Shown: positions 18,902-28,113 of the stretch, one piece after another | How positions within the stretch are numbered: the first letter of the stretch is position 1 | Layout: every line of letters starts with the position of its first letter | IMG/VR virus record: IMGVR_UViG_3300034132_000017 | Span: 934 to 64,933 of that record | Length of the DNA stretch: 64,000 nt | Strand: one strand, 5' to 3' | Origin: a virus | Taxonomy: Duplodnaviria; Caudoviricetes | Position numbers and translations under genes: made by a program | The notes under the pieces: generated by a model | Told to the model about the DNA's origin: nothing | What the model saw: only the letters and a program-made list of their open reading frames with translations | Databases searched by the model: none

Positions 18902-19261
18902 CTAATAGTTTAAGGTGTTGATCGGGGGCTGACTCACAATCCTTTGACTTGGACAATTGACTTTATTAACAAAGGTTGCGGTTGTTTTTGCGTAGTTAAC
19001 TACCACCCAACAGACTCCCTCAAATCTGTAATAATCAGCGGATTGAGTGTAATAGTTAGCGCTCCCAAACCGCTTCCTCATTGCTTTATAGCTTTGAGGA
19101 AACGCCAAATTATCAAACTCAATCAGGCGCGAAAGTGAGAGAGTTTTATCCACGCCGTAAGCGATCGCCCCTGGTGGTGGCATTTGGCTGTTAGCTGCAA
19201 CCTCATTCAATCCAATAGTTGAAAACAACAGAGCGCTTAAAACAAGAAATTGATGCTTCAT
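18902..19261 (-). CDS. secreted protein (possible BamE/BLIP-like fold)
   Basis: Signal peptide; PQSYKAMRKRFGSA motif; Cys pair. Confidence 0.6.
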   Translation of the reverse strand: MKHQFLVLSALLFSTIGLNEVAANSQMPPPGAIAYGVDKTLSLSRLIEFDNLAFPQSYKAMRKRFGSANYYTQSADYYRFEGVCWVVVNYAKTTATFVNKVNCPSQRIVSQPPINTLNY

Positions 19262-19292
19262 ATTGACTCCCTGAGTGGATCAGGCTTGGGGT

Positions 19293-19643
19293 TTATAGAT
19301 AAACAATCCGATAGGCAACAAATTGAAACTGCCCTCTGTAGGGAGTCACCGTAATGGCGATGCCTTTGCCGCTACCGATCGCCCAAACGTATTCCCCTTG
19401 ATAGGTGCGGCAATACATGTGCCCCAAACCCTCGAAGTTATTGATAACCCTTCCAGGAGTGGCACTTAGGAACCTGCTTAGAGTCATGCCATCCATTTGC
19501 CCGTATGGATAGCGTTCGGTTGCACAAAGAGAGTCGGCTTTAGCTGACGGTCCCATGACCCCCAGCATCAGCAAACTTGTCACAATTGCCAACGGCAAAC
19601 GGCGTGAATCAAAGCGCTTCAGACGCTTGAACGATAAGATCAT
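19293..19643 (-). CDS. secreted protein
   Basis: Signal peptide ending AKA; GMTLSRF motif; Cys pair. Confidence 0.6.
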   Translation of the reverse strand: MILSFKRLKRFDSRRLPLAIVTSLLMLGVMGPSAKADSLCATERYPYGQMDGMTLSRFLSATPGRVINNFEGLGHMYCRTYQGEYVWAIGSGKGIAITVTPYRGQFQFVAYRIVYL

Positions 19644-19723
19644 TGATAGTTCTCCTTGTTGAGAGCGCTATCGGGGCACAGGCGACCAACCAATCGCCCC
19701 GATAGAACTCGGTTTATTTTGAA

Positions 19724-19996
19724 TTAGCCAGCAGGGGTTAGAACTTGAGTCCCTATCACTCTGCCGTTACTGAAGTTGATTACAAGAACTTTCCCGCCCT
19801 GGATTGTGTAGTAATAACTTCCGTTTTGAACACAATTCGGAGCCCCCATCTTTCTTTCAACCTGGCTCTTTGTCATCCCTTGAGAGATGTTTGCATTTTT
19901 ATGAATTGGTTGATACGGGCATCCCTGCTGCGCCAAAACGGGGGGTGTCAAGATTCCCAAGGTAACGACAATGGGAAGAATAGATCTGAGTATCAT
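19724..19996 (-). CDS. secreted SmpA/OmlA(BamE)-like protein
   Basis: Signal peptide ending VLA; ISQGMTKSQVERKMGAP. Confidence 0.7.
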   Translation of the reverse strand: MILRSILPIVVTLGILTPPVLAQQGCPYQPIHKNANISQGMTKSQVERKMGAPNCVQNGSYYYTIQGGKVLVINFSNGRVIGTQVLTPAG

Positions 19997-20067
19997 TGAT
20001 TCAGCTCCTTTGTTTGTGGGAGTTCAACCGGGGCAAGATTTCCAGTCGCCGCCCCGGTTAGAACTAT

Positions 20068-20754
20068 TTACTCGGTCATCATTTTTCTTAGCTCTGCCTC
20101 AGTCTCAAGCTCCGCTTCAAACTCGACTTGGAACTTAGCTACAGCGCGGTTTTGTCCTCTCTGACGAGCAGTTTCTATCTCTTTAGTTGAAAGGTTCGCC
20201 CTGAGAGTTTGAGCCTGTTTGATCACTTCTAAAAGCTGGTCTTTTTTGGTGTTTCCTTCCTCCCTAAATTGAGTAAGTCTGTTTTCAGCGATCGCTAATT
20301 GCCCCCCCACTTCTGGGGGAAGTAGTTCGCAGTCCACTACTTCCCCAATCCCTGTATCAGTTGCAGCAAAGCGTTTTCTCGCGTCCTGAATCCAGGTTTC
20401 CGGGGTCATAGACCCCCGCTTTACGTGTCTGTGGAAATCAGCAAACAGATCCCAAGCGAGTCGAGAGTAGCCTTTGCCAGAGCGCAAATTACGCTCCGAA
20501 GCAACCTTCAACAAATGGGGATACCAGCGAGTTCTGATAGTCACATCCTGCACATCCCAAAAATCCGCTATTTCCCTGGCGGTGTACGGTTCGTCGTGTG
20601 CGGGTTCACTGTGCGGTAGGTGTGCGGGTGTGCGGTAGCTCTCTTGTGCGGGGTGTGCGTTGGGTGTGCTGACTATGTGCTGTGCTGGGTGCTGTAGCAC
20701 GTTCGGCGGGTGTGCTGATAAGGGTATTGGATCGAAGTTATCGGCAGAAAACAT
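20068..20754 (-). CDS. HTH plus coiled-coil DNA-binding protein
   Basis: YTAREIADFWDVQDVTIRTRW; N-terminal PAH repeats encoded by TGTGC repeats. Confidence 0.6.
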   Translation of the reverse strand: MFSADNFDPIPLSAHPPNVLQHPAQHIVSTPNAHPAQESYRTPAHLPHSEPAHDEPYTAREIADFWDVQDVTIRTRWYPHLLKVASERNLRSGKGYSRLAWDLFADFHRHVKRGSMTPETWIQDARKRFAATDTGIGEVVDCELLPPEVGGQLAIAENRLTQFREEGNTKKDQLLEVIKQAQTLRANLSTKEIETARQRGQNRAVAKFQVEFEAELETEAELRKMMTE

Positions 20755-20895
20755 AATCTTTCAAATCCTCCAAAATGCTTCACCGTAAGGGTTTTCACGA
20801 TGTGCGATTGGCTAATGCTTGAGTGTGCGAACCGCTGATCGACCTCTGTGCTTTATTTGTGCGGTGGCACTGTGCGGTAGATGTGCGACCGCACG
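20596..20895. repeat. cluster of about 16 TGTGC(G) direct repeats
   Basis: Counted in the 5' part of the 20068-20754 gene and in its upstream non-coding region. Confidence 0.8.
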
Positions 20896-20968
20896 TTCAA
20901 TATAGTGCTAAAATGCTAAATTATCAAGTTAGTAATTAAGTAAAAAATCATTAAGCCAATTTACAGGA

Positions 20969-21262
20969 ATGATTATGAGAGAATTTGCCAGGTTGAATAC
21001 TGGGGAACGAATGGGGAAGATTCAGCTCAGAGTGCAAATCCCAAAAGGATTGGACGCGATCGTAAGAATGATTGCGCCCTTCCTAAACGCTGGGCGCATG
21101 TGGACACCCGCCGAAGTTGTCACAGAAGCATTAGTTCTCTGGCTGCTGCAACCAGAGAATCAGGAGCTTATAAAAAGGCACAAGATAGAAGAACGGCTGA
21201 AGGAATTACTCACTAAGCCTGAGCAGGAAGAATTTGAGGAACTATTCAAAGAAGAGGAGTAG
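20969..21262 (+). CDS. RHH-like DNA-binding protein
   Basis: IQLRVQIPKGLDAIVR...AEVVTEALVLWL. Confidence 0.5.
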   Translation: MIMREFARLNTGERMGKIQLRVQIPKGLDAIVRMIAPFLNAGRMWTPAEVVTEALVLWLLQPENQELIKRHKIEERLKELLTKPEQEEFEELFKEEE

Positions 21263-21532
21263 TTGACCTGGGCAGCTCTCAGCTTCCCATCTATGCTCTG
21301 CAAGGTGGCAGACCGAGCATAGGAATTCCCAGTTATCGCGATCGTTGTTTTCCCGGTTGCGATCTTTGTGATGCAATTGCAGCGCAAACTTGCCTGACTC
21401 AGAGCGTGAGCCGCTCCCTTCACCATGTCGGGAACACTGCTTATTGCAACGCTCACAACAATAATCAAGCGCTTGTCTGATCTCCTCTGCAAGCGCTTCT
21501 AATTCATCAGTCGGTAGCTTCAGTTTGGGCAT
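21242..21532 (-). CDS. HNH endonuclease
   Basis: CERC...LQLHHKDRNRENNDRDNWEFLCSVCHLAEH. Confidence 0.85.
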   Translation of the reverse strand: MPKLKLPTDELEALAEEIRQALDYCCERCNKQCSRHGEGSGSRSESGKFALQLHHKDRNRENNDRDNWEFLCSVCHLAEHRWEAESCPGQLLLFFE

Positions 21533-21833
21533 CGGGAGAAACCAGATACATTACCGATTTGCCGTGAAAAGTAACCTTAAACGCCCCGATTTCTTCAGTC
21601 TGTAATCGGCTCGCATACTGAGGAAATTCTGACTTCAATGTTTGAATATTGACTGGCTCAATCTTATCTTTATTTGAAATTGATGCCAAGTCTTCAAGGG
21701 GTATTAATACCCCTTCCAATCGAGAATTTAGATAAATTTCGACCCGAATACCTCTGTCGTGAACATGCCTTCTATAGTGAGCTACTGAATGTCTTAGCCC
21801 ATGAAGGCTAACTTTTATAGTTCTATCTTTCAT
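21507..21833 (-). CDS. tandem Phd/YefM-like protein
   Basis: Two halves with the Phd pattern (VSLHGLRHSVAHY..VEIY..GVLIPLED; VNIQTLKSEFPQY..FKVTFHGKSVMYLVSP). Confidence 0.55.
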   Translation of the reverse strand: MKDRTIKVSLHGLRHSVAHYRRHVHDRGIRVEIYLNSRLEGVLIPLEDLASISNKDKIEPVNIQTLKSEFPQYASRLQTEEIGAFKVTFHGKSVMYLVSPDAQTEATD

Positions 21834-21960
21834 GTAGTTTCTATTAGTTTAATATTTACATATTCTAGTTAATTCTAGATAATAAGAAAACAGCTAAAGC
21901 AATCGCAAGCGCGAAGACTTTAGCTGTTCAGTCAGAATTTTAACGTATGGAGATATTGTA

Positions 21961-22431
21961 ATGCTTGCCACAGATTCCGGGCAACTAACTTTAGAGTTGG
22001 TTGCAAGTTTGATCAAACCAATTGCCTCAATCAAGAAAGCTAATCGCCCATCTCCTAAACGTCAGTTTGTAGTGGTCCACAAAGGGCGACCTAATGGCGT
22101 TGCAAGCTTAGAGAACGTTATTGAATGGTTCAACCTCTACGGTCAAACAGAGGTTTGCCAGAACAGAGAAAGGTTCTCTATTGACTCTCAATTTGATGCA
22201 GAGTGCATCACAGCAGCAGCAGTACAGGTAGGAGACAAAATCCACACTCAATATGACAGCAGAGGCGTTATGCAGGTTCTTGAAATTGTCGGCAGAGGTG
22301 AAACTGACATCCTCTTCCGATTGCAATCTAAAGGCTCTCCACCACATGAGGAGTTTTATCACAAGCTCTGGCGATTCAACTTGATTGAGCCAGCGCCCGA
22401 TCGTCCAATTACAACACTACAGGAGTTCTAA
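21961..22431 (+). CDS. hypothetical protein
   Basis: First ORF of a rightward operon, GGAG upstream. Confidence 0.6.
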   Translation: MLATDSGQLTLELVASLIKPIASIKKANRPSPKRQFVVVHKGRPNGVASLENVIEWFNLYGQTEVCQNRERFSIDSQFDAECITAAAVQVGDKIHTQYDSRGVMQVLEIVGRGETDILFRLQSKGSPPHEEFYHKLWRFNLIEPAPDRPITTLQEF

Positions 22432-22658
22432 TGAGTAAAAAAACAGTTCAATCTCTTTTTGAAGACTCTGCATTCCCTCATGGATTGGGGGAAGAAGTGG
22501 GCATGTCGAAGCGCGAGTTAGTAGCAGCGATCGCGCTTCATGCACTGATAGGAAAGGAGTCTGGAAGACCGGGACTTGAATCGATTATTACTCTCAAGGT
22601 TGACATCGCGTTCAAGTATGCCGATGAGTTCCTGAGACAGTCTACGGCTGAACAGTAA
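22431..22658 (+). CDS. conserved phage hypothetical protein
   Basis: AFP...GMSKRELVAAIALHALI motif. Confidence 0.6.
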   Translation: MSKKTVQSLFEDSAFPHGLGEEVGMSKRELVAAIALHALIGKESGRPGLESIITLKVDIAFKYADEFLRQSTAEQ

Positions 22659-22741
22659 CAAAAGAGGGAGAAGAGTTCCGGAGGTGCATAATACCTGCCA
22701 ACTCTTCTCCCCGCCAAATTACATGAGTAGAGTTTAGCACT

Positions 22742-23797
22742 ATGACAACTAATTCAAACACTGCAAAAGTTAGGGGGAAGCAAAACGGGGGGATGATTCT
22801 AGAGGGTGACAACCTTCTTATGGTTTCACCTCTCAAGTCCAGTATTTTCAAGCCCGTTCAGTTAAGGAAGGGATTCGCCAGAGTTGGGATCTGTGGTGTT
22901 CCCGGCAGCGGCAAGACAAAGACGGCTTTAGAAGTAGCTTGCGGTCTAGGGAAGCGAATTGCACTTATTGACACAGACGATCGTGCCTGGATGTACCAAC
23001 GCTCCTATGAGTTTGAGCGGGGCGAACTGGTTGATTACGCCGTAGATTCCTGGATCGAGGCAATTTACGACGCTGAAGACTCAGGGTTTGATGTGCTGAT
23101 ACTGGATAACTTCTCTGAAGCGTGGGCGGGTCTGAAAGGGCTTCAGGAATATCATCAGAGCATCCTGAATGAGAACAAAAATGTAGATAGCTTTCAAGCT
23201 TGGAATTTTGTGAATCCCTTGCAGCGAAAGCTGCTAGATGCGCTCACAATGAGCCGATTGCACATAGTTTGCACTTTTCAGGCAAAGGTTGAATATGAAC
23301 GAATCCTCAGGCCTGATGGAAAAACAGCCAAGCTAACTGCTGTAGGGTACGGTCCCGTTTGGCGTTCAGGAATCGAAGGGAAGTTTGATTTCTTTGGGCA
23401 AATTGAACTTGAAAACCACGAATTGAGATGGACTAAGGAAATGTTCCATCTGTTCGGCGGTGAAACGTTCCAGTGCCCTACAGCGGAACTGGGAGCGCGA
23501 ATCAAAGCCTGGTGTGATCAGGGTGAGGATGGATGGGAATTCAAGCCTACTCATAGGGTGAGGCTGATCGAACTGCTGAAAAAGAACCAATGGAGTAATC
23601 AGCAGGTAGCCGAACTTCTGGAGATGTATGAAATCTCCAGATTCGATGAAGTGAAGCAATATCGGCACTATCAAGAGCTTCGGCAAATTCTCTCTCTAAC
23701 TGCTGAGAGAGGCTTTGAACGTGCTGAATACTTCACTCAAAACAAACGACCAACACAGTCTAAATCGTTTCTAGAATCCACAGGAGAAGTTGAATGA
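22742..23797 (+). CDS. AAA_24/Sak4-like NTP-binding recombination protein
   Basis: GVPGSGKT, ALIDTD, VLILDNFSEAW, HIVCT, EGKFDFF. Confidence 0.8.
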   Translation: MTTNSNTAKVRGKQNGGMILEGDNLLMVSPLKSSIFKPVQLRKGFARVGICGVPGSGKTKTALEVACGLGKRIALIDTDDRAWMYQRSYEFERGELVDYAVDSWIEAIYDAEDSGFDVLILDNFSEAWAGLKGLQEYHQSILNENKNVDSFQAWNFVNPLQRKLLDALTMSRLHIVCTFQAKVEYERILRPDGKTAKLTAVGYGPVWRSGIEGKFDFFGQIELENHELRWTKEMFHLFGGETFQCPTAELGARIKAWCDQGEDGWEFKPTHRVRLIELLKKNQWSNQQVAELLEMYEISRFDEVKQYRHYQELRQILSLTAERGFERAEYFTQNKRPTQSKSFLESTGEVE

Positions 23798-24051
23798 GCA
23801 ACACTATAGAGCAGAAAATAGAGCATGTATTGAGGACTGTCAGAACCTTTCAGCATAGGCAATCTGCCGCTGAGTGTTGTCACCTTGTACGATTTTCAAT
23901 CGCACTCTTCCCCGAACTGGACACTCCTGAAATTCGTCAGGCGTTAGCTAGAGGTATGTGGGACTGGTTTGACCCAAATAATGCAGATATAGGCTTCAGG
24001 AGTTTTCTTGAGTCGCAATTGGACAAGAACCAACCCCGCCCAAACCTATGA
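23794..24051 (+). CDS. hypothetical protein
   Basis: Overlaps the upstream stop codon. Confidence 0.55.
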   Translation: MSNTIEQKIEHVLRTVRTFQHRQSAAECCHLVRFSIALFPELDTPEIRQALARGMWDWFDPNNADIGFRSFLESQLDKNQPRPNL

Positions 24052-24108
24052 GATGCCCTTATTGTGGCGCTTACGCTTCGCTAAACTTACACTACAGGAG
24101 AAACACCA

Positions 24109-24258
24109 ATGACAAATATTGAATTTTTAGAGAGTCTAAGCGACGAGCAGCTAGAAGCGCTTTCTGCTGCTTTGACAGACGATCAGACTGTCAAAGAGCT
24201 TTTTGAGACTTTGGAAGAAGTAATGGATGAGCGAGGGTTGATTTTGTTGATTGAGTAA
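24109..24258 (+). CDS. 49-aa acidic protein (not in the ORF track)
   Basis: AGGAG SD, MTNIEFLESLSDEQLEALSAAL... Confidence 0.6.
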   Translation: MTNIEFLESLSDEQLEALSAALTDDQTVKELFETLEEVMDERGLILLIE

Positions 24259-24336
24259 ACCACCACAATCTCAAAACTTGAGTGAGTTTTGAGTTTTTTG
24301 GAAACTATAGGTTCCTGATGATGAAAAAGTTTTCAG

Positions 24337-24360
24337 GCGGGGCTTTGTCCCCGCTTTTTT
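24337..24360 (+). terminator. intrinsic terminator
   Basis: GCGGGG-ctttgt-CCCCGC followed by a T run. Confidence 0.7.
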
Positions 24361-24378
24361 GTGGCTTTTTTGTGAGAT

Positions 24379-24960
24379 TCAGGAAATCAAATGAACCCAG
24401 AACGACCCATCGGTGAGAATGAGTCGGGTGAACGTAGAGTGAGATAGCCAGTATTTTCCTAAATCCGGATCGTCGCCATAGTTGCGTTCATACCCGTCAG
24501 GAAAAAACTCCCCATACGGGTCTGTAATATGCCACTGCGTCGGCTTGCTCTGGGCATCCAGTCGAACTCCAGTTAAACAAACAATGTGACCTGTTTTAGT
24601 TAAATATGTGTGGGCGATCGCGGGAAACCCTTGCTTCAGGTGGCTGATCGTGGAATACACGGCAGTGCCAACATCCTTCCATCCCTCCGCAATCAGAAGG
24701 TTGTCCTTTGCGCCATAGAGTTCAGCAACGCGCTTCATGGCTATGGGTTCGTGGCGGTCCCAGCCGTTATCAGCGCACCGCTGCTGTAGCTCATCTTCCC
24801 ATTGACCAAAGCGTGAATAACGAGCGTCCCTTGACTTCTTAAGGAACGTAAGACACATAGCCACAGAAGTCATATTGCAGGAGCCGTAAGGGTTCTCTGT
24901 GTTATCTAACTGGGTCAGCAAGGGGAAATTCTTGATAAAAATTTCGGTCATGGTGGTCAT
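24379..24960 (-). CDS. C39-like cysteine peptidase (endolysin candidate)
   Basis: GSCNMTSVAM, GHIVCLTG, ITDPYG (Cys-His-Asp). Confidence 0.8.
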   Translation of the reverse strand: MTTMTEIFIKNFPLLTQLDNTENPYGSCNMTSVAMCLTFLKKSRDARYSRFGQWEDELQQRCADNGWDRHEPIAMKRVAELYGAKDNLLIAEGWKDVGTAVYSTISHLKQGFPAIAHTYLTKTGHIVCLTGVRLDAQSKPTQWHITDPYGEFFPDGYERNYGDDPDLGKYWLSHSTFTRLILTDGSFWVHLIS

Positions 24961-25047
24961 GGCGGGTTCCAGGAAAGTTTGGGTCTAGTGTTCCCGCTGG
25001 CAACGTAGCCCAAACCTGCTAAAAATCTCAGGTGGGAACTCCAGAGC

Positions 25048-26628
25048 ATGGCTAACCTGACTCTGGGAACCAATCCCCCTACCGATAATCCCAACCTCCC
25101 ATCGTTTATCGATGCTGAAGCTCTGGACATTGCCCCAGAGCTGCAACTTGTGTTGGATTGCTGGACAAACTTGAAGGGTAGGAAATCGCTCTATCTCAAT
25201 CAGGAAGAGCGGGAACCTGCTAGAGCATATAAAAATCGCTTAGACCGCACTCGCTTTGATAACCGCTTTGAGCCAGTCATTAAAGGTCATGCGGGGCTGC
25301 TTTCAGACTTTCAGCTTACAGACGATGCGCCTCCCACACTGGAGGAGGCAGAGGAAAACATCGACCTGCAAGGAAACGACTTACAAACGTTCTTTCAGAA
25401 TCTAGATGAACACGTTCTAAGGGATGGAGGCGTAGGGATTCTAGTTGAATATCCCAAAGAAGATCCAGGCATCAGAAGCAACGGGGATATGCTCGAATCG
25501 GGTCGTAGACCCTATTTAGTGCTAATTGATAGGCGCAATATTTTGAATTGGGATGTTGCTTGCGTTAACGGTGTTCCAACGATTCAGCGGGTAACTGTTC
25601 GTGAACAGCGCAAGGTAGCTAAGGGTTTATTTGGTTCTGAGACACAAATTTTTTATCGTGTCCTCACGCCTGGACGCTTCGACCTTTTTCAGGTTCTTCA
25701 GGGCGAAGACGGTTGGAGAGCAGTTCACATTGAAGAGGAGAGCGGCGATACCGACTTAGATGTTGTGCCGATGGTCTGGTACGGGGCAGATTCAGACTCG
25801 CAGCTATTTGTCAGCAAGCCTCCATTTATCAATCTGGCGGGGCTGAATATTGAGCATCTACAGAAGCGCTCAAACTTGAATGAAGTGCTTTGGAAGTGCA
25901 ACATGCCTGTTCCAGTGCGGAAGGGGTTTGTGCAAAATTCAGACTCAAAGAAACCAATTCCGCCCCTAGTGATTGGTCCTAACTCGGTTGTAGATGTCCC
26001 GAAAGATGGAGATTTCGCATTCGCAGAACCAACGGGAACAGCGATCGACTCAACCCAAACTGACATTGAGAAGCTAGAAGGTGCGATGGACCGTGAATCT
26101 CTCGCGTTCCTGAACGGTGGGGAAGCTGAGAAGACTGCTACTGAAGTCGTAATCGACAGCGCCCAAACCTCCTGCACATTAAAGGGAATGGCGCGACGGA
26201 AAGAAAATACCTTCAAGAAAGTCTGTGTTGTCTGGTGTGCCTATACTGGCGAGGAAGAGCCAGCAGATAGCGCGGGGATTAAAGTTGCTGATAACGTGCT
26301 GCAAGCGCCGCCTAATCCGCAGGACATCCAATTGATCCTTGATGCGATGGGCAATAAACTTTCGCTCAAGCTGGGCTTAGAAATGCTCCTACAGCGCAAG
26401 TGGTTGCCCGCAGATACCGACATTGAAGAAGAGCTGAAGAACCTAGAGCAGGCTGAACAGGAGAAAGCGGAGCAGGTTCTAGCAGAGCAGCAGGGGATTA
26501 CTGAAGCGGCTGGCAGCGGAACTGTGACACCGATGAAGGGCAACAAAAACGCCCGTGATCCTCAAGCAACCCAGGACGCGCAGGGAATTACTGATAGCGC
26601 TAATCAGAAGTCAGCAGCGGGGGTGTAA
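25048..26628 (+). CDS. portal protein (DUF4055-type)
   Basis: Size, YKNRL start, RPYLVLIDRRNILNW, KTATEV motif, position at the start of the structural operon. Confidence 0.88.
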   Translation: MANLTLGTNPPTDNPNLPSFIDAEALDIAPELQLVLDCWTNLKGRKSLYLNQEEREPARAYKNRLDRTRFDNRFEPVIKGHAGLLSDFQLTDDAPPTLEEAEENIDLQGNDLQTFFQNLDEHVLRDGGVGILVEYPKEDPGIRSNGDMLESGRRPYLVLIDRRNILNWDVACVNGVPTIQRVTVREQRKVAKGLFGSETQIFYRVLTPGRFDLFQVLQGEDGWRAVHIEEESGDTDLDVVPMVWYGADSDSQLFVSKPPFINLAGLNIEHLQKRSNLNEVLWKCNMPVPVRKGFVQNSDSKKPIPPLVIGPNSVVDVPKDGDFAFAEPTGTAIDSTQTDIEKLEGAMDRESLAFLNGGEAEKTATEVVIDSAQTSCTLKGMARRKENTFKKVCVVWCAYTGEEEPADSAGIKVADNVLQAPPNPQDIQLILDAMGNKLSLKLGLEMLLQRKWLPADTDIEEELKNLEQAEQEKAEQVLAEQQGITEAAGSGTVTPMKGNKNARDPQATQDAQGITDSANQKSAAGV

Positions 26629-26801
26629 TGGAGCCGAACCCAGACGATGCGATTCTGAAGCCGATTGGAATGCCGATCAGCGCTGAAGATCTTCGCAAGC
26701 ACACCCAAATTACCCGCGGGGATTTAGAGAGGGCACTACAGGACAGCAGCAGGCGGCTGAAACCGTTTGTTAATGCAAAGCTCTATGTCCGTAAGCTATA
26801 A
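26628..26801 (+). CDS. 57-aa protein (not in the ORF track)
   Basis: TAATG coupling to the portal gene, MEPNPDDAILKPIG... Confidence 0.55.
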   Translation: MEPNPDDAILKPIGMPISAEDLRKHTQITRGDLERALQDSSRRLKPFVNAKLYVRKL

Positions 26802-27432
26802 CCCCTCAGCGGGGCGTTTTATTGACTCTGCTGGTAAGTTTGTCGCTCAATCCGTAGTTGATAATTTGCTGGAGCAGGAGCAGTCACAGCTTGCGGTCAG
26901 GCTGAAAGCACTCACCCGCTTACTGTCTGACCAGAAAATATCGCTGTCTGACTGGCAACTACGGTTCGCAGATACTTTGAAAGCATCGCACCTCCGTATG
27001 CTCTCACTTGGGGCAGGTGGGCAAGAGCGCTTAACCTCCCGTCATTACGGAGCCGCGGGCTATCAGCTTGGTAAGCAATATGACTACTTGAGCAATTTTG
27101 CCCAACAGATCCACCAGGGCGAGATCACGATTAAACGGGCAATCCAGAGAGCGGGGCAATATGCCAGCTCAATCCGCCCGACGTTCGCCAGGGCAGTACA
27201 GCTCTCGCGTGAGGCGGAGGGGTTCAATGAAGCAAAGCGGAGCCTTGACCCACAGGCTAATCACTGTCCAAGCTGCATTGGGCATAGCACTAACGGGCGA
27301 TGGGTACCGATCGCCCAAATTACGCCAGTAGGAACTAATTGTGAGTGCGGGCAGCGCTGCCGCTGCTCCATCCAGTATCGCCGCAGAGTGCCTGTGAGCC
27401 TGAACCGGGGAACTCTAAGCACGACAGCTTAG
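26785..27432 (+). CDS. head morphogenesis protein (gpF/SPP1 gp7-like)
   Basis: Follows portal; C-terminal HCPSC...CECGQRCRCSIQY. Confidence 0.75.
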   Translation: MSVSYNPSAGRFIDSAGKFVAQSVVDNLLEQEQSQLAVRLKALTRLLSDQKISLSDWQLRFADTLKASHLRMLSLGAGGQERLTSRHYGAAGYQLGKQYDYLSNFAQQIHQGEITIKRAIQRAGQYASSIRPTFARAVQLSREAEGFNEAKRSLDPQANHCPSCIGHSTNGRWVPIAQITPVGTNCECGQRCRCSIQYRRRVPVSLNRGTLSTTA

Positions 27433-27449
27433 AGTTTAGGAGTAGGGCG

Positions 27450-27830
27450 ATGCCCTGGAACACGGTTACTTTCCCATCTGACCTCGAACGGATTCGGGAT
27501 TTATTTGATATTGAGAATGGTCGGTTGCCCCTACTCAAGGCAGCTATGACCTGGGTGGAAGAGAACACACCGGAGGCGATCGCTACAGTGCAAAACTATC
27601 TGACTAAGGTAGACGCTAATTTAGCGACGATAGAGGATATCTACGGAGATCCGGACTATGCGCTGTCTCAGGCTGATGTTGTCAAGCTTGATATTGATAT
27701 GAAAGCAGCCGGAGCGCTCAACCTCGAAGCTCGGTTCAAGCTGAAAATCTGGAAAGCTCTGAACCTCGAAAACTACTTTGATGCCTCTGAATGTGGAATG
27801 GTGATATATGGGCAGACCGTTAGAAGCTAA
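27450..27830 (+). CDS. putative head-tail adaptor
   Basis: Helical 126-aa protein, late motif at 27408, position. Confidence 0.5.
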   Translation: MPWNTVTFPSDLERIRDLFDIENGRLPLLKAAMTWVEENTPEAIATVQNYLTKVDANLATIEDIYGDPDYALSQADVVKLDIDMKAAGALNLEARFKLKIWKALNLENYFDASECGMVIYGQTVRS

Positions 27831-28113
27831 GAACATCAGCCAATTGTTGATGCTGGCAGTTGAAGCTGAACAAATCAACGACGAATCTTTGAAGCGAGAG
27901 GTCACAGGAACCCTCGCGCTACTGGTTGGGACAATCATCAGAAAAAAAGATGCAGAAGCGTTTCGCGCTTCTTGGCGCGAGATTGCCCAGTTCTGCGAGA
28001 CTTCTGGGGCAAAATGGATACTAAAAGCTGCGGCTCAAGGTCTATCTCCAGATGAGCTGGAATGGATGCAAGCCCAAATCCAGCACATCATGAGCGGTGT
28101 AGAGGATGAATGA
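27808..28113 (+). CDS. hypothetical protein
   Basis: Overlapping ORF in the operon. Confidence 0.5.
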   Translation: MGRPLEAKNISQLLMLAVEAEQINDESLKREVTGTLALLVGTIIRKKDAEAFRASWREIAQFCETSGAKWILKAAAQGLSPDELEWMQAQIQHIMSGVEDE

